Below, piece by piece: positions 45,814-55,703 of a stretch of 64,000 bases of DNA (its first letter is position 1; each line of letters begins with the position of its first letter). The position numbers were made by a program, and so were the translations under genes. Below the pieces are notes generated by a model. It made no database searches and was not told the DNA's origin. It saw nothing but the letters and a program-made list of their open reading frames with translations. Origin of the DNA: a virus; the IMG/VR virus record IMGVR_UViG_3300032117_000009, positions 60,689 to 124,688 of that record; one strand, written 5' to 3'.

Positions 45814-46266
45814 CTACCCTTTACCCTTCTTTAGAAGCTTATTCTGTTGCCTCTTCATATCATAGAATGGGTCAGCTACACCTTTACCTGTCTCAAATCT
45901 TGCTCTTTCAGGGTTATAGTCAGTCAATCTTCCAATGATTAAAATTTCTGGTGGTTCACCTGTAAAACTACTCATCATCCAATCAACACGAACAAGAAGC
46001 CCAATTTTTTCAAATCTTTCTTCAGCTTCTCCCCTAAGTGAGGATAAGTTGTCAAACGTGGCAGGCCTTCTAGAATACTTAGCGGTAAGATCTGCCATAA
46101 TTCTTGCAGCATCCATAATTTCAGATTCATGAAGTTCAATAACCTGATCTTCTTCTTCTTCTTGCTTTCTTTCCGCACGAAAAGCATCAATCTGAGCTTG
46201 TTGTTCAGGAGTTACCTTAACATCTTCTGGTCTAATGCCATTCATATAATCATTTTCATCAGCCAT
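45814..46266 (-). CDS. Hypothetical protein
   Basis: ORF with AGGAG RBS directly upstream of the terminase. Confidence 0.7.
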   Translation of the reverse strand: MADENDYMNGIRPEDVKVTPEQQAQIDAFRAERKQEEEEDQVIELHESEIMDAARIMADLTAKYSRRPATFDNLSSLRGEAEERFEKIGLLVRVDWMMSSFTGEPPEILIIGRLTDYNPERARFETGKGVADPFYDMKRQQNKLLKKGKG

Positions 46267-46439
46267 TAATAACTCCTTTTATTTCTTAAAAATTCCTCAA
46301 AATCTGAAATTATATTTTCTAGATCGTCAATAATTCTCTGGAGAGAATCTAACTCCCCTCCAGAGAACCTTGACGACTCATTCTTAATCATTTCGCTAGC
46401 AAACACCATGTCTGCCAAAGATTTGTTAAGATAATCCAT
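46266..46439 (-). CDS. Small helical protein (57 aa), below the ORF-track cutoff
   Basis: Translated by hand: MDYLNKSLADMVFASEM...; TAATG coupled. Confidence 0.5.
   Translation of the reverse strand: MDYLNKSLADMVFASEMIKNESSRFSGGELDSLQRIIDDLENIISDFEEFLRNKRSY
46334..46367. terminator. 10-bp perfect inverted repeat, possible terminator or processing hairpin
   Basis: TTCTCTGGAG ... CTCCAGAGAA; no U-tract; lies inside the small ORF. Confidence 0.3.
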
Positions 46440-46441
46440 TT

Positions 46442-47395
46442 TTAACTAAGTGGGTGATGACAAGTGTTGCAGCGGTGCCCACCATTAGAACCGACAATCA
46501 AACCTCCGGCAAGCTGCACAGACTCACGCATCGTATTTGAAACACCAATCTCATGCTGCATAGAAGTAATGAGGTTAATAATGTCGTAATAAGTGTTGCC
46601 TTCAAGCTCATCAATGCGATCCATAAGCTTAGACTCCATACGGGAGCCAAGGCCATACTCACGGCAAAAACGGTGAATGAGCTGCTCAGCATTTGTAACA
46701 TCAATCTCAGTCATGTGTGCCCAGTTATCAAGAGCACCCTGGACCTCATTACCAAGGACTGTGCTAGCAAGATACTCCATCTCTTCGATGATTTCATCAA
46801 CAGTACGCCCACGAAGGCTAAGTGTAGAGTTGATCGAAGGGACAACCATGCCATTTGAGCATACAAGGCGCTCCAGATAAGTAGAGATTGTTGGTGCCTC
46901 GCCAATTGTAGAAACAATACGAAGACCACCCTCAGTAATATCATTAACACGAGGTTCAGTTGTCAATTCATTGGTAACAACTGAAACTTTAATGCCATTT
47001 GACAATTCAAGTGAGCGAACACGATCCTCACCATCAAATGCCTTTTCAATAGCAGAAACAATAAGCTCGTCACGGATAAGAGTTGTGTTACCTGGATAAG
47101 CAGCGTTGAAATTGTGGTCTGCATCAAAGCTAATCAAAGCATCATAAGCTGAATCCTTTTCAAGGAAATAGTTAACAACATCAGTCTGAAGGCTCGTGTT
47201 GAGCTTAGGAAGGAAAGCCTTGGGAATACCAAGGAACGTGGAGAACTTCTTCAATCCCTGCTCACTAAGCGAGAAATCAAGATCAGTTCCCTTGATCTTC
47301 AGGCTACCAGGAGAAAACTCCAGGTTAGAAAACGAAGAATGGGTATACTTAGGGCCATTGTTCTCAACGAGAGTGGCCAGGTCCTTAACTTGCAT
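46442..47395 (-). CDS. DUF932-like phage protein
   Basis: GGLRIVS...YLERLVCSNGMV; start moved to the second ATG to fit RBS spacing. Confidence 0.65.
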   Translation of the reverse strand: MQVKDLATLVENNGPKYTHSSFSNLEFSPGSLKIKGTDLDFSLSEQGLKKFSTFLGIPKAFLPKLNTSLQTDVVNYFLEKDSAYDALISFDADHNFNAAYPGNTTLIRDELIVSAIEKAFDGEDRVRSLELSNGIKVSVVTNELTTEPRVNDITEGGLRIVSTIGEAPTISTYLERLVCSNGMVVPSINSTLSLRGRTVDEIIEEMEYLASTVLGNEVQGALDNWAHMTEIDVTNAEQLIHRFCREYGLGSRMESKLMDRIDELEGNTYYDIINLITSMQHEIGVSNTMRESVQLAGGLIVGSNGGHRCNTCHHPLS

Positions 47396-47449
47396 GTGCA
47401 TTACTCCTTTTATATTTGTATTTTTACTGTGCCTTTTGGCGTTGTTATT

Positions 47450-47458
47450 ACTATAGCA
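47450..47458 (-). promoter_or_regulatory. Extended -10 (TGCTATAGT) with upstream A-tract
   Basis: Followed by CAGTAA...AAGGAGTA leader like the other cassettes. Confidence 0.55.
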
Positions 47459-47485
47459 TTTTTTTCTGTTGTTTTTTTATTTTTT

Positions 47486-48184
47486 TTATTTTTCTTCTAT
47501 AAGATCTGAATCAATGTATTCCATCTCAAGAACTTTAGGTGGTTTTGTGAGCTGTGTTTGCTTCAACTCAATTCTCTTACTAACTAAGTCTAACATATCT
47601 GGAGGCAAAACTTCTCTCATTGAATCTAAAATTATACTCAACTGGCCCAACAAATATTCTGGCTTGTATGAATTGCTAGTTTCTTTTTCAATTTCGTTAA
47701 GTTTTTCAATTGCATACAAAGTTGTTTTTAGATCTGGTTCTAGTTTGCCATCAACAATATCTTTAACACCCATTGAAGCAATTAATTCATAAACACCTTT
47801 AGCTGTAAGAAGGCTATCTACGCCATCCATGATTAATTTATTTTCTTCAGCTGCACGCCTTTCCATCATGCTTCTAGCTGCGATGGCGTCAGTTGGAAGG
47901 TGTCTAGTTTTATGATTAGTTAAGCTAGAGTATGATATCATATCTTTTGGTTCAACACCAAATTTTTCATACAATGGAGCTACTATGTTAAGAATATCTC
48001 TGTATGGCCTCATCATAACAAGATGAGAATCTACAATTCTTCTTAATGCATCTGGGGATTTGCAAACTCTACATTGTGGTACATGGACATATTCAAAACG
48101 TTGTCCATCAATTTTTACAGAAGTTAGATCTCGTAAGCTTGGCGTAGATTTAGATAATGCTTTGTATGTTTGTTCTTCGTTCAT
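47486..48184 (-). CDS. Putative terminase small subunit / HTH protein
   Basis: CRVC...ISYSSLTNH..RH N-terminus plus helical C-terminus; near terL. The function is inference. Confidence 0.4.
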   Translation of the reverse strand: MNEEQTYKALSKSTPSLRDLTSVKIDGQRFEYVHVPQCRVCKSPDALRRIVDSHLVMMRPYRDILNIVAPLYEKFGVEPKDMISYSSLTNHKTRHLPTDAIAARSMMERRAAEENKLIMDGVDSLLTAKGVYELIASMGVKDIVDGKLEPDLKTTLYAIEKLNEIEKETSNSYKPEYLLGQLSIILDSMREVLPPDMLDLVSKRIELKQTQLTKPPKVLEMEYIDSDLIEEK

Positions 48185-48492
48185 TTTATTGGCTTTGGTT
48201 TACGATATTTTCTGCTAAACACACCAGGTTTGGTTGGTATTTCGTCAAGCGATCCATATTGAGAAAATACTTCTCTATTTAATCTTCTCTGGTATTGAGA
48301 AGGGCTTAGCCAACCTTCTTCTTTCATTTCATTATGAGAGGTAGTTGTTCTAGATTTTTGCAACATTCTTGATGCTATATATTCTAGCTGAAAAGTTTCT
48401 GGCATTTCAAAAAAATCTTTTGGCGGAACAATATCGTGTTCTTCAATTAATTTTTTTATTTCTTCTTTATTATTTATTTTTCTTCTTGCCAT
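48181..48492 (-). CDS. Hypothetical basic protein
   Basis: Coupled ORF. Confidence 0.6.
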   Translation of the reverse strand: MARRKINNKEEIKKLIEEHDIVPPKDFFEMPETFQLEYIASRMLQKSRTTTSHNEMKEEGWLSPSQYQRRLNREVFSQYGSLDEIPTKPGVFSRKYRKPKPIK

Positions 48493-48839
48493 TTTGTCTC
48501 CACTAGGGTTCGTAACGCTTTGCGTTTATACATTCCCACAGGAGCAGACCACTTTTCAAATCCCATTATTTTAGCGACTTCGACTTCTTTTCTACCCTCA
48601 ATACACATAAGCCAAACAGCTTGTTTTTGTCTCGGTGGTAAAGTGTCTAAACCTTTTAATATGTCATGGAAATTGACTATATAACCATTATCTAATGTTA
48701 TCTCGTATATCCCAGTTTCTTCATACAGTGCTTTGAATTCGTAATAATTTCTAAGGATATTTTCAAGAATTTTCCAGTTCATTTTTCCTGGTAAAATATC
48801 TTCTTTGCGAGATTTTCTTTTAGGTTGATTTTCTGTCAT
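48474..48839 (-). CDS. Sigma-70 region 4-like HTH protein
   Basis: LDTLPPRQKQAVWLMCIEGRKEVEVAKIMG...RKALRTL. Confidence 0.75.
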   Translation of the reverse strand: MTENQPKRKSRKEDILPGKMNWKILENILRNYYEFKALYEETGIYEITLDNGYIVNFHDILKGLDTLPPRQKQAVWLMCIEGRKEVEVAKIMGFEKWSAPVGMYKRKALRTLVETKWQEEK

Positions 48840-48840
48840 A

Positions 48841-49374
48841 TTACCTGTGATATTGTCTTGATTGTATTTGCTTGGTAATATTTTTTATACCTTGCAATTT
48901 GTCATTAATTTGTTTCCAGGCAGAATATTGAACAAAATAAAAATATCTATCTTCTTTTGTTTTTGACCTTGCATAAGCTGTTAAGTCGTTTGTTGTACCT
49001 GAAACTGGTTTTCTATATTCTTCCCAATACTTATCATCCATCATATAGTATGCATATTGAGCACGCAAGTAATGACGTGTAACTTCTTGGTCCAAACTAG
49101 CAATTTCTGTTTGAAGCTCCAAAAGAAGTCTATCTTCTTTTGCAACATCCATTGATTCTGTAATATTAAAAATTTCTATAATTTTTTCTGCTTCTTTAAA
49201 ATGAGTATTGAAAAAATCTTGAACTGTTCGCTCAATTGTTTCAATCACATCTTTTTCATCTTTTCTTTCTTCCCAACTAAAGGCCCTTTTAATAAAATCA
49301 TGTAAATCTGTTTTGTCATGAAGGGTATCTTGCGTTGGTGACTCTAGACCAGGCATTTTACGAAATGTCATCAA
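48841..49374 (-). CDS. Helical hypothetical protein (UvsY-like position and size; unconfirmed)
   Basis: Coiled-coil character; inside the recombination operon. Confidence 0.55.
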   Translation of the reverse strand: MMTFRKMPGLESPTQDTLHDKTDLHDFIKRAFSWEERKDEKDVIETIERTVQDFFNTHFKEAEKIIEIFNITESMDVAKEDRLLLELQTEIASLDQEVTRHYLRAQYAYYMMDDKYWEEYRKPVSGTTNDLTAYARSKTKEDRYFYFVQYSAWKQINDKLQGIKNITKQIQSRQYHR

Positions 49375-49858
49375 AACTCTCCCATGATGTATTGAAAGCT
49401 GCTACTTTGCCTATAGCGATAGCATCATAAACATCATAACTTAATTTATCAGAAATATTTTCTGAACTTAAAACTTTTTCTTTAACTTCATTTTTTGTGC
49501 AATCAGGATTATCTAAAAAAATTTTATGCCATTCTCTTGGCTGATAGCCACGATATAACAAATTTCTTTGGAATGTAAGAACTTTTAAAGTGTTCGCTGT
49601 GGCTTGAACTAGGTCTTTATTTTTCATTCTTGCAAATGATGGCACAATCTCCCAAGCAACACAATTTACGTTTTTATCTAATTGATTTGAATAAAAAAAT
49701 ATCAAATAATTAATTAACGCATTCATTCTTTTATTAAAATCATATTCTGGGAATGGGTCTTTAACAAGACCAAAATCTATAGTTTTACCATTTAAATTTG
49801 TTAAAGCCCAGCCTATTTTTGATACGCCAGGGTCCAAAGAAAATATTAGTGGTTCCAT
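49358..49858 (-). CDS. ruvC: RuvC-like Holliday junction resolvase
   Basis: SLDPGVSKIGWA, AWE, YDAIAIG acidic motifs; start moved to MEPLIF. Confidence 0.75.
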   Translation of the reverse strand: MEPLIFSLDPGVSKIGWALTNLNGKTIDFGLVKDPFPEYDFNKRMNALINYLIFFYSNQLDKNVNCVAWEIVPSFARMKNKDLVQATANTLKVLTFQRNLLYRGYQPREWHKIFLDNPDCTKNEVKEKVLSSENISDKLSYDVYDAIAIGKVAAFNTSWESFDDIS

Positions 49859-50595
49859 AAAGGACAGACCGATCTGGCTGGGCATTCATCAAATTTCTTA
49901 TCGCCAGATCCTGTACAACAAGCTTGTAATGAAGATGGGTCATTAAACTCAACCGCCTCTAGTATTTTATTCCATTTAGCATAAATAGAGTCAAGTTCTT
50001 GACGATCTTGCTCAACTATAAAATCTCTAATCCTATGTGGATATGACTTTTCTACATAAAGAATTACCATTTCTTCAGGTGCATCTGGCACATTATCTTG
50101 ATAAATTCTTACTTGGGTTTTGTAATTTGGTGTTACTGATTCTGGAATCCTATTGCAACTTTTAATGTCTACAAGAACTACCTTGCCATTTGGTAAAGTG
50201 AGCTTTCTAATATCTGTTGTACCACTAGTATGACGCTCTTCGTTGACATAACTTACTTCAACTTCTTCCTCGGTGGTAAAACCAAGGTGGATAAGCATGC
50301 TTTGCACAATGGCATGCAGAGCAGAACCAATCTGGAATGTCATGGCCAGGGTAGGAGAAATATACTCTTTCTGCAAACCCTTCTGAAGTTCAGGGTGGAA
50401 CTTACAATAAAGCAGATACTCACCAGCATGTGCATCAGAAGAAGGGTGAAAATAACCGTCCCAAACTCTTTCTTTATTATAAACTTTTACAGGGTATACT
50501 TCTGGCCAATCTGCATTAGCAATTGCTTGTTCAAGGTAAGGAGTAATAATCTCTTTCCTAGAAATTGTGCTAAGCGTCCTATCAAGAACTCCCAT
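49846..50595 (-). CDS. Cas4/RecB-like PD-(D/E)xK exonuclease
   Basis: FHPSS, G.A.H, SGTTDI...VDIKS, Y..Q...Y, C-terminal Cys cluster. Confidence 0.75.
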   Translation of the reverse strand: MGVLDRTLSTISRKEIITPYLEQAIANADWPEVYPVKVYNKERVWDGYFHPSSDAHAGEYLLYCKFHPELQKGLQKEYISPTLAMTFQIGSALHAIVQSMLIHLGFTTEEEVEVSYVNEERHTSGTTDIRKLTLPNGKVVLVDIKSCNRIPESVTPNYKTQVRIYQDNVPDAPEEMVILYVEKSYPHRIRDFIVEQDRQELDSIYAKWNKILEAVEFNDPSSLQACCTGSGDKKFDECPARSVCPLWNH

Positions 50596-51007
50596 TAACT
50601 TTTCTCCTTAAATATTTAATTTCTTCAACAAGTTCAATTAAATCATGCAAATCTAATACTGCAATATCTTGTAATATTTTTATATTTTCTACCGGAACTT
50701 CATGCTCTATTGGTTCTAATTCAATATTTGGGCTATTGAATCTGATAGCCAAACATGGCCTCATTTCAGATGAACGTTCATAAGCTTTAGAACTAATATA
50801 TTCCCATAGTTCCCTTTTAATGTTATAAGATAATTTTTGTGTTTCTTTACATTCTATTAAGAAACGCCAATGTGTTTTATCTCTTTTAGTTTGAACATCA
50901 AGTTTTTCAAATTTATTACCTGATGATATTGTAGTTGATGCTTCTGGCCACCAATTAGCAACATCATTTTCATGTTTATCTGCTAATCTTTTTTCTCTAC
51001 TACCCAT
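50582..51007 (-). CDS. PD-(D/E)xK nuclease, Hjc-like resolvase
   Basis: SG....DV......IECKET. Confidence 0.65.
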   Translation of the reverse strand: MGSREKRLADKHENDVANWWPEASTTISSGNKFEKLDVQTKRDKTHWRFLIECKETQKLSYNIKRELWEYISSKAYERSSEMRPCLAIRFNSPNIELEPIEHEVPVENIKILQDIAVLDLHDLIELVEEIKYLRRKVNGSS

Positions 51008-51248
51008 TTCCCAACTTCATAATATATGGTGATCTATAAACTCCACCCCAAACACCAAACTCTTCTTCATTTTCATCTGCAAAATCATTACATTCTTTTT
51101 TAACTTTGCAATTGCCACAAGGTAAATTTTCTTGAATATATTTTTCAATATTTACTCTTCTGGTGTCTGGGAAAAATAAATCTGTGTCCAAATCTTTGCA
51201 CAAAGACTTATCTCTCCAATCATACTTCTGAGTCGTTGATATCCTCAT
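51000..51248 (-). CDS. whiB: WhiB family Fe-S transcription regulator
   Basis: WRDKSLC...DLFFP...CGNC.V..EC...FGVWGG: four Cys plus G[VI]WGG. Confidence 0.9.
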   Translation of the reverse strand: MRISTTQKYDWRDKSLCKDLDTDLFFPDTRRVNIEKYIQENLPCGNCKVKKECNDFADENEEEFGVWGGVYRSPYIMKLGNG

Positions 51249-52344
51249 TAGGGTCTGTCTCAGGTCTTGCATACTCTTCATCCTCATTAACAATTAGATC
51301 GTTTGCGTTTGACTTATTACGAATTAAATCAATTACTTTTTCAAAAAAACTATCTTTCTTGCCACTTTCATAAAGTGCTTTGAAGAAAGATTCTCTACCC
51401 TGTTCTTTAATATCCTCATAGCTATACCAAGAACCTGCCTTATTCACAGCTCCAACTAAAATACCCATCCTAGTAAGATCTCTTTCAACATCAATTCCAG
51501 GATGATCTAGCCAAACACTTGGCTGTGAATAAAAATCTGTCCAACCTTCTCTCAAAGGTGGTCCATAAGAATTTTTAACAGTTTTCATAACAACAGGAAA
51601 ACCAACCTGTGTATTTTCTCCATTAATTTTATCAAAATATTTATCTGAACCTGGCCTCAAGTAAAGCCTAACGCTCATTGCGTGCTTTACTGCGTGCCCT
51701 CCAGGTGTCATAGCACGATTGTATCCATCCATATCAGCTCTTAATTGATTAAGATAGAAACACGTTACGTTGTACAAATTTGCTAAAGGGGCAACCGTTT
51801 GCACATTACGCTTCATAACAGAAGCTGCACCACCCATTCTATCATTCTTATCTGTAAGGGCTTGCATACTATGTCTAGTAGCTGCTCCACCAATAGAATC
51901 CCAAACAATTGCACCAATTTTTTTAGATTTAATAAGTTCAACCATCATATCTGTGCCACTCTCTGCATCAGGTGGTTGAACAACTACTAAATTATCATCT
52001 ACGCTAAGGCCAAGTGTTTCTGCCCACTCTGGATTAAACCTATGCTCAAGATCAATATATGCAAGCATTCTTTCGCCATTGTAATATTCAAAGCAATCTT
52101 TGAGGGCAAGCAGAGCAAAGCTAGTCTTTCCGGCATGTTCTTTACCAAAGATTTCAATAAGCTTTCCTTCTGGCCAACCAGCAATTGCTAAAAGATACGC
52201 CAATGAAGGAGAAAAACAAGGAATCGCTCGTACTTTGTCAACATTTGAACCTCTCATCGCTACTGGTCGCTCTGCACCATCTGGTGTGAATTTATTTAAA
52301 TCTTGCAACAACTTATCAATTTCATCTGCTCTACGTGGACTCAT
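51220..52344 (-). CDS. recA: RecA/UvsX recombinase
   Basis: IEIFGKEHAGKT, YIDLEH, VWDSIG, NQLR, PGG.A.KH..SVR. Confidence 0.95.
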   Translation of the reverse strand: MSPRRADEIDKLLQDLNKFTPDGAERPVAMRGSNVDKVRAIPCFSPSLAYLLAIAGWPEGKLIEIFGKEHAGKTSFALLALKDCFEYYNGERMLAYIDLEHRFNPEWAETLGLSVDDNLVVVQPPDAESGTDMMVELIKSKKIGAIVWDSIGGAATRHSMQALTDKNDRMGGAASVMKRNVQTVAPLANLYNVTCFYLNQLRADMDGYNRAMTPGGHAVKHAMSVRLYLRPGSDKYFDKINGENTQVGFPVVMKTVKNSYGPPLREGWTDFYSQPSVWLDHPGIDVERDLTRMGILVGAVNKAGSWYSYEDIKEQGRESFFKALYESGKKDSFFEKVIDLIRNKSNANDLIVNEDEEYARPETDPNEDINDSEV

Positions 52345-55300
52345 TATGCTACCTCTGCTTTCAATAAATCAAGTCTAAACAAATTCTTCAATTGCAAACC
52401 ATCTTGCAATTTTTCAATTTTTGCAATAATTGGAGCACCAACCTCTATATTTTTTTCATACTTTGAATAAACGTCTGGGAAACAAACTAATTGTACCAGG
52501 TTATCTCCGCCATAATTATCGTTTTCATCAAAATTATCAAATTCATCTTCTTCATCGATAATCGTGTTTGGCAATTCAATCCACATCTGACACATTTTTG
52601 AACCAGCTTTTTTGCCCTTTTTGGTTACTAGCTCATTAACTTTAGCTATAAGACCACCAATTGTTGCTTTTTCTCCAGTAAATAATTTCTTTTCCCCAGG
52701 AAAATTTTCTTCTGAAGCTATGATATCAATATATTCACCTAAAGGATCTAAGGATACCAGGGTTCCCAGCAATTCTCGTTCTGCCAATGCTCTATCGTTG
52801 ATCTTTTCTTGATTAACATGGCATGTAAACGCACTGAGTCTACCAAAACAATGCTTGCAGCTATCAGTGCAGCTGTTATCAAGATTTTTCCAATCTCCCC
52901 TGCACTTCCAATATTCATACAATGCTTGCTCTGCACGAGTCCTCCCATCAGAAGGAACAACAATGTTATCAAAAACACCACACTTAATAAGTGCAATTAT
53001 AGCACGCTTATTGACATTTTTTTTAGGAACCCTTGCAACAAAATCTTCCATAGATGTAAATGGACCGAGCTTCTTGATATACAAAGCACTACCACCTACA
53101 AACTTTACGCTATTTAAACCATAACGAATGGAACCATTTTTAGTTAATGTGTATCCACTGCTTGATTCATTAATGTCTGGGCCTAAAACATTAATACCCA
53201 TTCTTCTTGATTCTCTAATGTAAGCGACTGATTGCGATGGATTTGTCTGGAAAAGAGCTGTCATAAACTCTTTTGGATAATGCTTTTTGATATATGCTGT
53301 CCAATGTCCAAGGATTGCATACCCATATGAATGGCTCTTATTAAAACCATAAACACCAAAAGATTGCATTTCATCAAAAATACTATTTGCGACATTTTCA
53401 TTTATATCGTTTTTAGCGCAACCTTCTACAAATACTTTTCTTTCCTTAGCCATTTCATCAAGCTTTTGCTTACCCATAGCACGACGAACACGATCAGTCT
53501 CAGAAAGAGAATACCCAGCAAGCTCAACACAAGCTTCCATGATTTGCTCCTGGAACAAAAATGTGCCATATGTACTTTCAAGAACCTTTTTAAGCTTTGG
53601 GTGCTTATATGTAACAGGTCGCCTTCCAGATTTCTTTTGCAGATACAACTCTAAAAGGTTCATGCCTGTTTCTGGGTCAATTGTTCTAGTAACTCCAGGG
53701 CGACAAACTGCAATCATAGCAGATAGATCCTCAACAGACCTTGGCTGAAAACGCCTGATTAGCATCGTAAGGTTATTGGTTTCAATCTGGAAACAACCCA
53801 TTGTATGACCATTGCAAAGCATATCCCAAACTGAACTATCGTTATAATACTTGTCCCAATCATGTTGCCATTCATAAAAATGAGGCAAAACATCACCATA
53901 ATTACGCTTAATCAAATTATAAGCAGCCATCAATGTAGATAGTGTCCTAAGACCCAAAACATCTACCTTAACGAATCCTAGGGCCTCTACATCATCTTTT
54001 TCAAACTGCGTGCGTACATCGCCAGTCTTAAATCTAAGAGGAAGCTTACCCAATAATTCTTCCTTAGAAATAACAACTCCTGCAGCGTGAGCACTAGAAT
54101 GTCTAATATGATCAAGCATCTTAGGTATAAGTTCAAAAAGGTTTGGATATTTATCTTGCCATTGAATAAATTCTGACCTGCATGACTTAAGAAGCTTTTC
54201 CCATGCTTTGATACCTGGCCCATTGTGTGCAACTGTCCAATTGTCATCAACAATCTTACAAATAGCATCTGTATCTGACCGATTAATCGCAAGACCACGG
54301 CAAAGATCACGGATGGTTTGTTTTACACCAAGAGTATTAAGCGTAGCAATGCTAGTTATATTCAACTTTCCATACTTATCTTCTAGGTGATCACGAACAA
54401 GCTGTCGCTCAAGCTGTGGAAAATCAATATCAATATCTGGCATAGTATCACGGCCAGGGTCCAAAAATCGCTCAAACAGCAAACCAGCAGGAATAGGATC
54501 GATTTCTGTAATATCCATACAATATGCAAGCAAAGAACCACCAGCTGAACCTCTGCTAGGCCCAACAAGCATTCCCTCTTCCTTACTCCACTTGATAACA
54601 TCAGCAACCATGTGGAAGTACCCAGGGAAACCCTTACTTACAATAATGTCAGTCTCGTAATCAATTCTGTCACGATATGTTTGAAGCATATCTTCTGACA
54701 CTTTGCCAACGATCTTGCGATTAAACCCATCCTCTACGGCATTATGTAGCTTCCTAATATCTTGTTCCTTACTTGCAAAAAATACAGGCATGCTTTTAGC
54801 TTCATTAATTTGAACATTACACTTATCTGCAAGCAACTTTGTATTTTTTACTGCATCGGATACAACTCCATCAGGAAGATAAGAAAGCTTTCTTCGCATA
54901 TCTTCTTCCGAAACAATACATAGTTGATCAGGACCATAAGAAAATCTATCCTCATCATTTACTGTCTTTCCCATTTGAATAGCAGTCATTACTTCATGGG
55001 CATACCAATCATCAGGCTTTGTATAATGAGAATCACTTACTGCAAGCAATGGAACGGAAAAATCATTTGCTGCTCGAACAATCTGCTTATTCCATCGTTC
55101 ACTATCTGGTGACTTGTACGAATGAATTTCAAGAAAAAAGTTGTCCTTAAAAATGCTTTGAAATTTAGAAATGCGTTCATAAGCTTTTTCAAAAGAAAAT
55201 TGCTTATTCTCTTCATTAAGAAATTTTCCAACGCAACCACCCATACAACCACCAGTGATTGCAAGACCTTCTGAATACTTTTTCAAAAGCTCCCAATCAA

Positions 55301-55661
55301 ACCTGGGATCACCATAATATGATCCATCTAACCACGCTTCGCTTGACAAAGACCACAAATTAGTTAGTCCAGTTTGATTAAGTGCAATAACAGTCATGTG
55401 ATCATAAAATTCACCCTTTTTGCCAACTCTGTCATGCCTATTATCAGTAAAATATCCTTCCATTCCAAAAATAGGCTTAACACCAGCCTTATCTGCTTTG
55501 CGTTGAAAAGCAAAATGGCCAGAGCATTCTCCGTGGTCGGTAATTGCAATAGAAGACTGATTTAGCTCAACAGCTCTATTGACAATGCTATCCAGAGTGC
55601 TTAGACCATCTAGAAAAGAATGTTCGCTATGAACATGAAGATGAACAAGATTATCAACCAC
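52344..55661 (-). CDS. dnaE: DNA polymerase III alpha (DnaE type) with PHP domain
   Basis: HLHVHSEHSFLDG, AITDHG, RGSAGGSL, PDIDIDF, K.DVLGL, FNKSH; GTG start. Confidence 0.97.
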   Translation of the reverse strand: MVDNLVHLHVHSEHSFLDGLSTLDSIVNRAVELNQSSIAITDHGECSGHFAFQRKADKAGVKPIFGMEGYFTDNRHDRVGKKGEFYDHMTVIALNQTGLTNLWSLSSEAWLDGSYYGDPRFDWELLKKYSEGLAITGGCMGGCVGKFLNEENKQFSFEKAYERISKFQSIFKDNFFLEIHSYKSPDSERWNKQIVRAANDFSVPLLAVSDSHYTKPDDWYAHEVMTAIQMGKTVNDEDRFSYGPDQLCIVSEEDMRRKLSYLPDGVVSDAVKNTKLLADKCNVQINEAKSMPVFFASKEQDIRKLHNAVEDGFNRKIVGKVSEDMLQTYRDRIDYETDIIVSKGFPGYFHMVADVIKWSKEEGMLVGPSRGSAGGSLLAYCMDITEIDPIPAGLLFERFLDPGRDTMPDIDIDFPQLERQLVRDHLEDKYGKLNITSIATLNTLGVKQTIRDLCRGLAINRSDTDAICKIVDDNWTVAHNGPGIKAWEKLLKSCRSEFIQWQDKYPNLFELIPKMLDHIRHSSAHAAGVVISKEELLGKLPLRFKTGDVRTQFEKDDVEALGFVKVDVLGLRTLSTLMAAYNLIKRNYGDVLPHFYEWQHDWDKYYNDSSVWDMLCNGHTMGCFQIETNNLTMLIRRFQPRSVEDLSAMIAVCRPGVTRTIDPETGMNLLELYLQKKSGRRPVTYKHPKLKKVLESTYGTFLFQEQIMEACVELAGYSLSETDRVRRAMGKQKLDEMAKERKVFVEGCAKNDINENVANSIFDEMQSFGVYGFNKSHSYGYAILGHWTAYIKKHYPKEFMTALFQTNPSQSVAYIRESRRMGINVLGPDINESSSGYTLTKNGSIRYGLNSVKFVGGSALYIKKLGPFTSMEDFVARVPKKNVNKRAIIALIKCGVFDNIVVPSDGRTRAEQALYEYWKCRGDWKNLDNSCTDSCKHCFGRLSAFTCHVNQEKINDRALAERELLGTLVSLDPLGEYIDIIASEENFPGEKKLFTGEKATIGGLIAKVNELVTKKGKKAGSKMCQMWIELPNTIIDEEDEFDNFDENDNYGGDNLVQLVCFPDVYSKYEKNIEVGAPIIAKIEKLQDGLQLKNLFRLDLLKAEVA

Positions 55662-55703
55662 AAAAAAAGACCTTACTGTTTTTAATATAAAACTTTTGAC
55701 TCT

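Noticed and set aside
52344-55661. Intein or intron in dnaE, recA, dnaB or terL
   Set aside because: Lengths are typical, motifs are collinear, and there are no C/S...HN-C/S/T splice signatures or frame breaks
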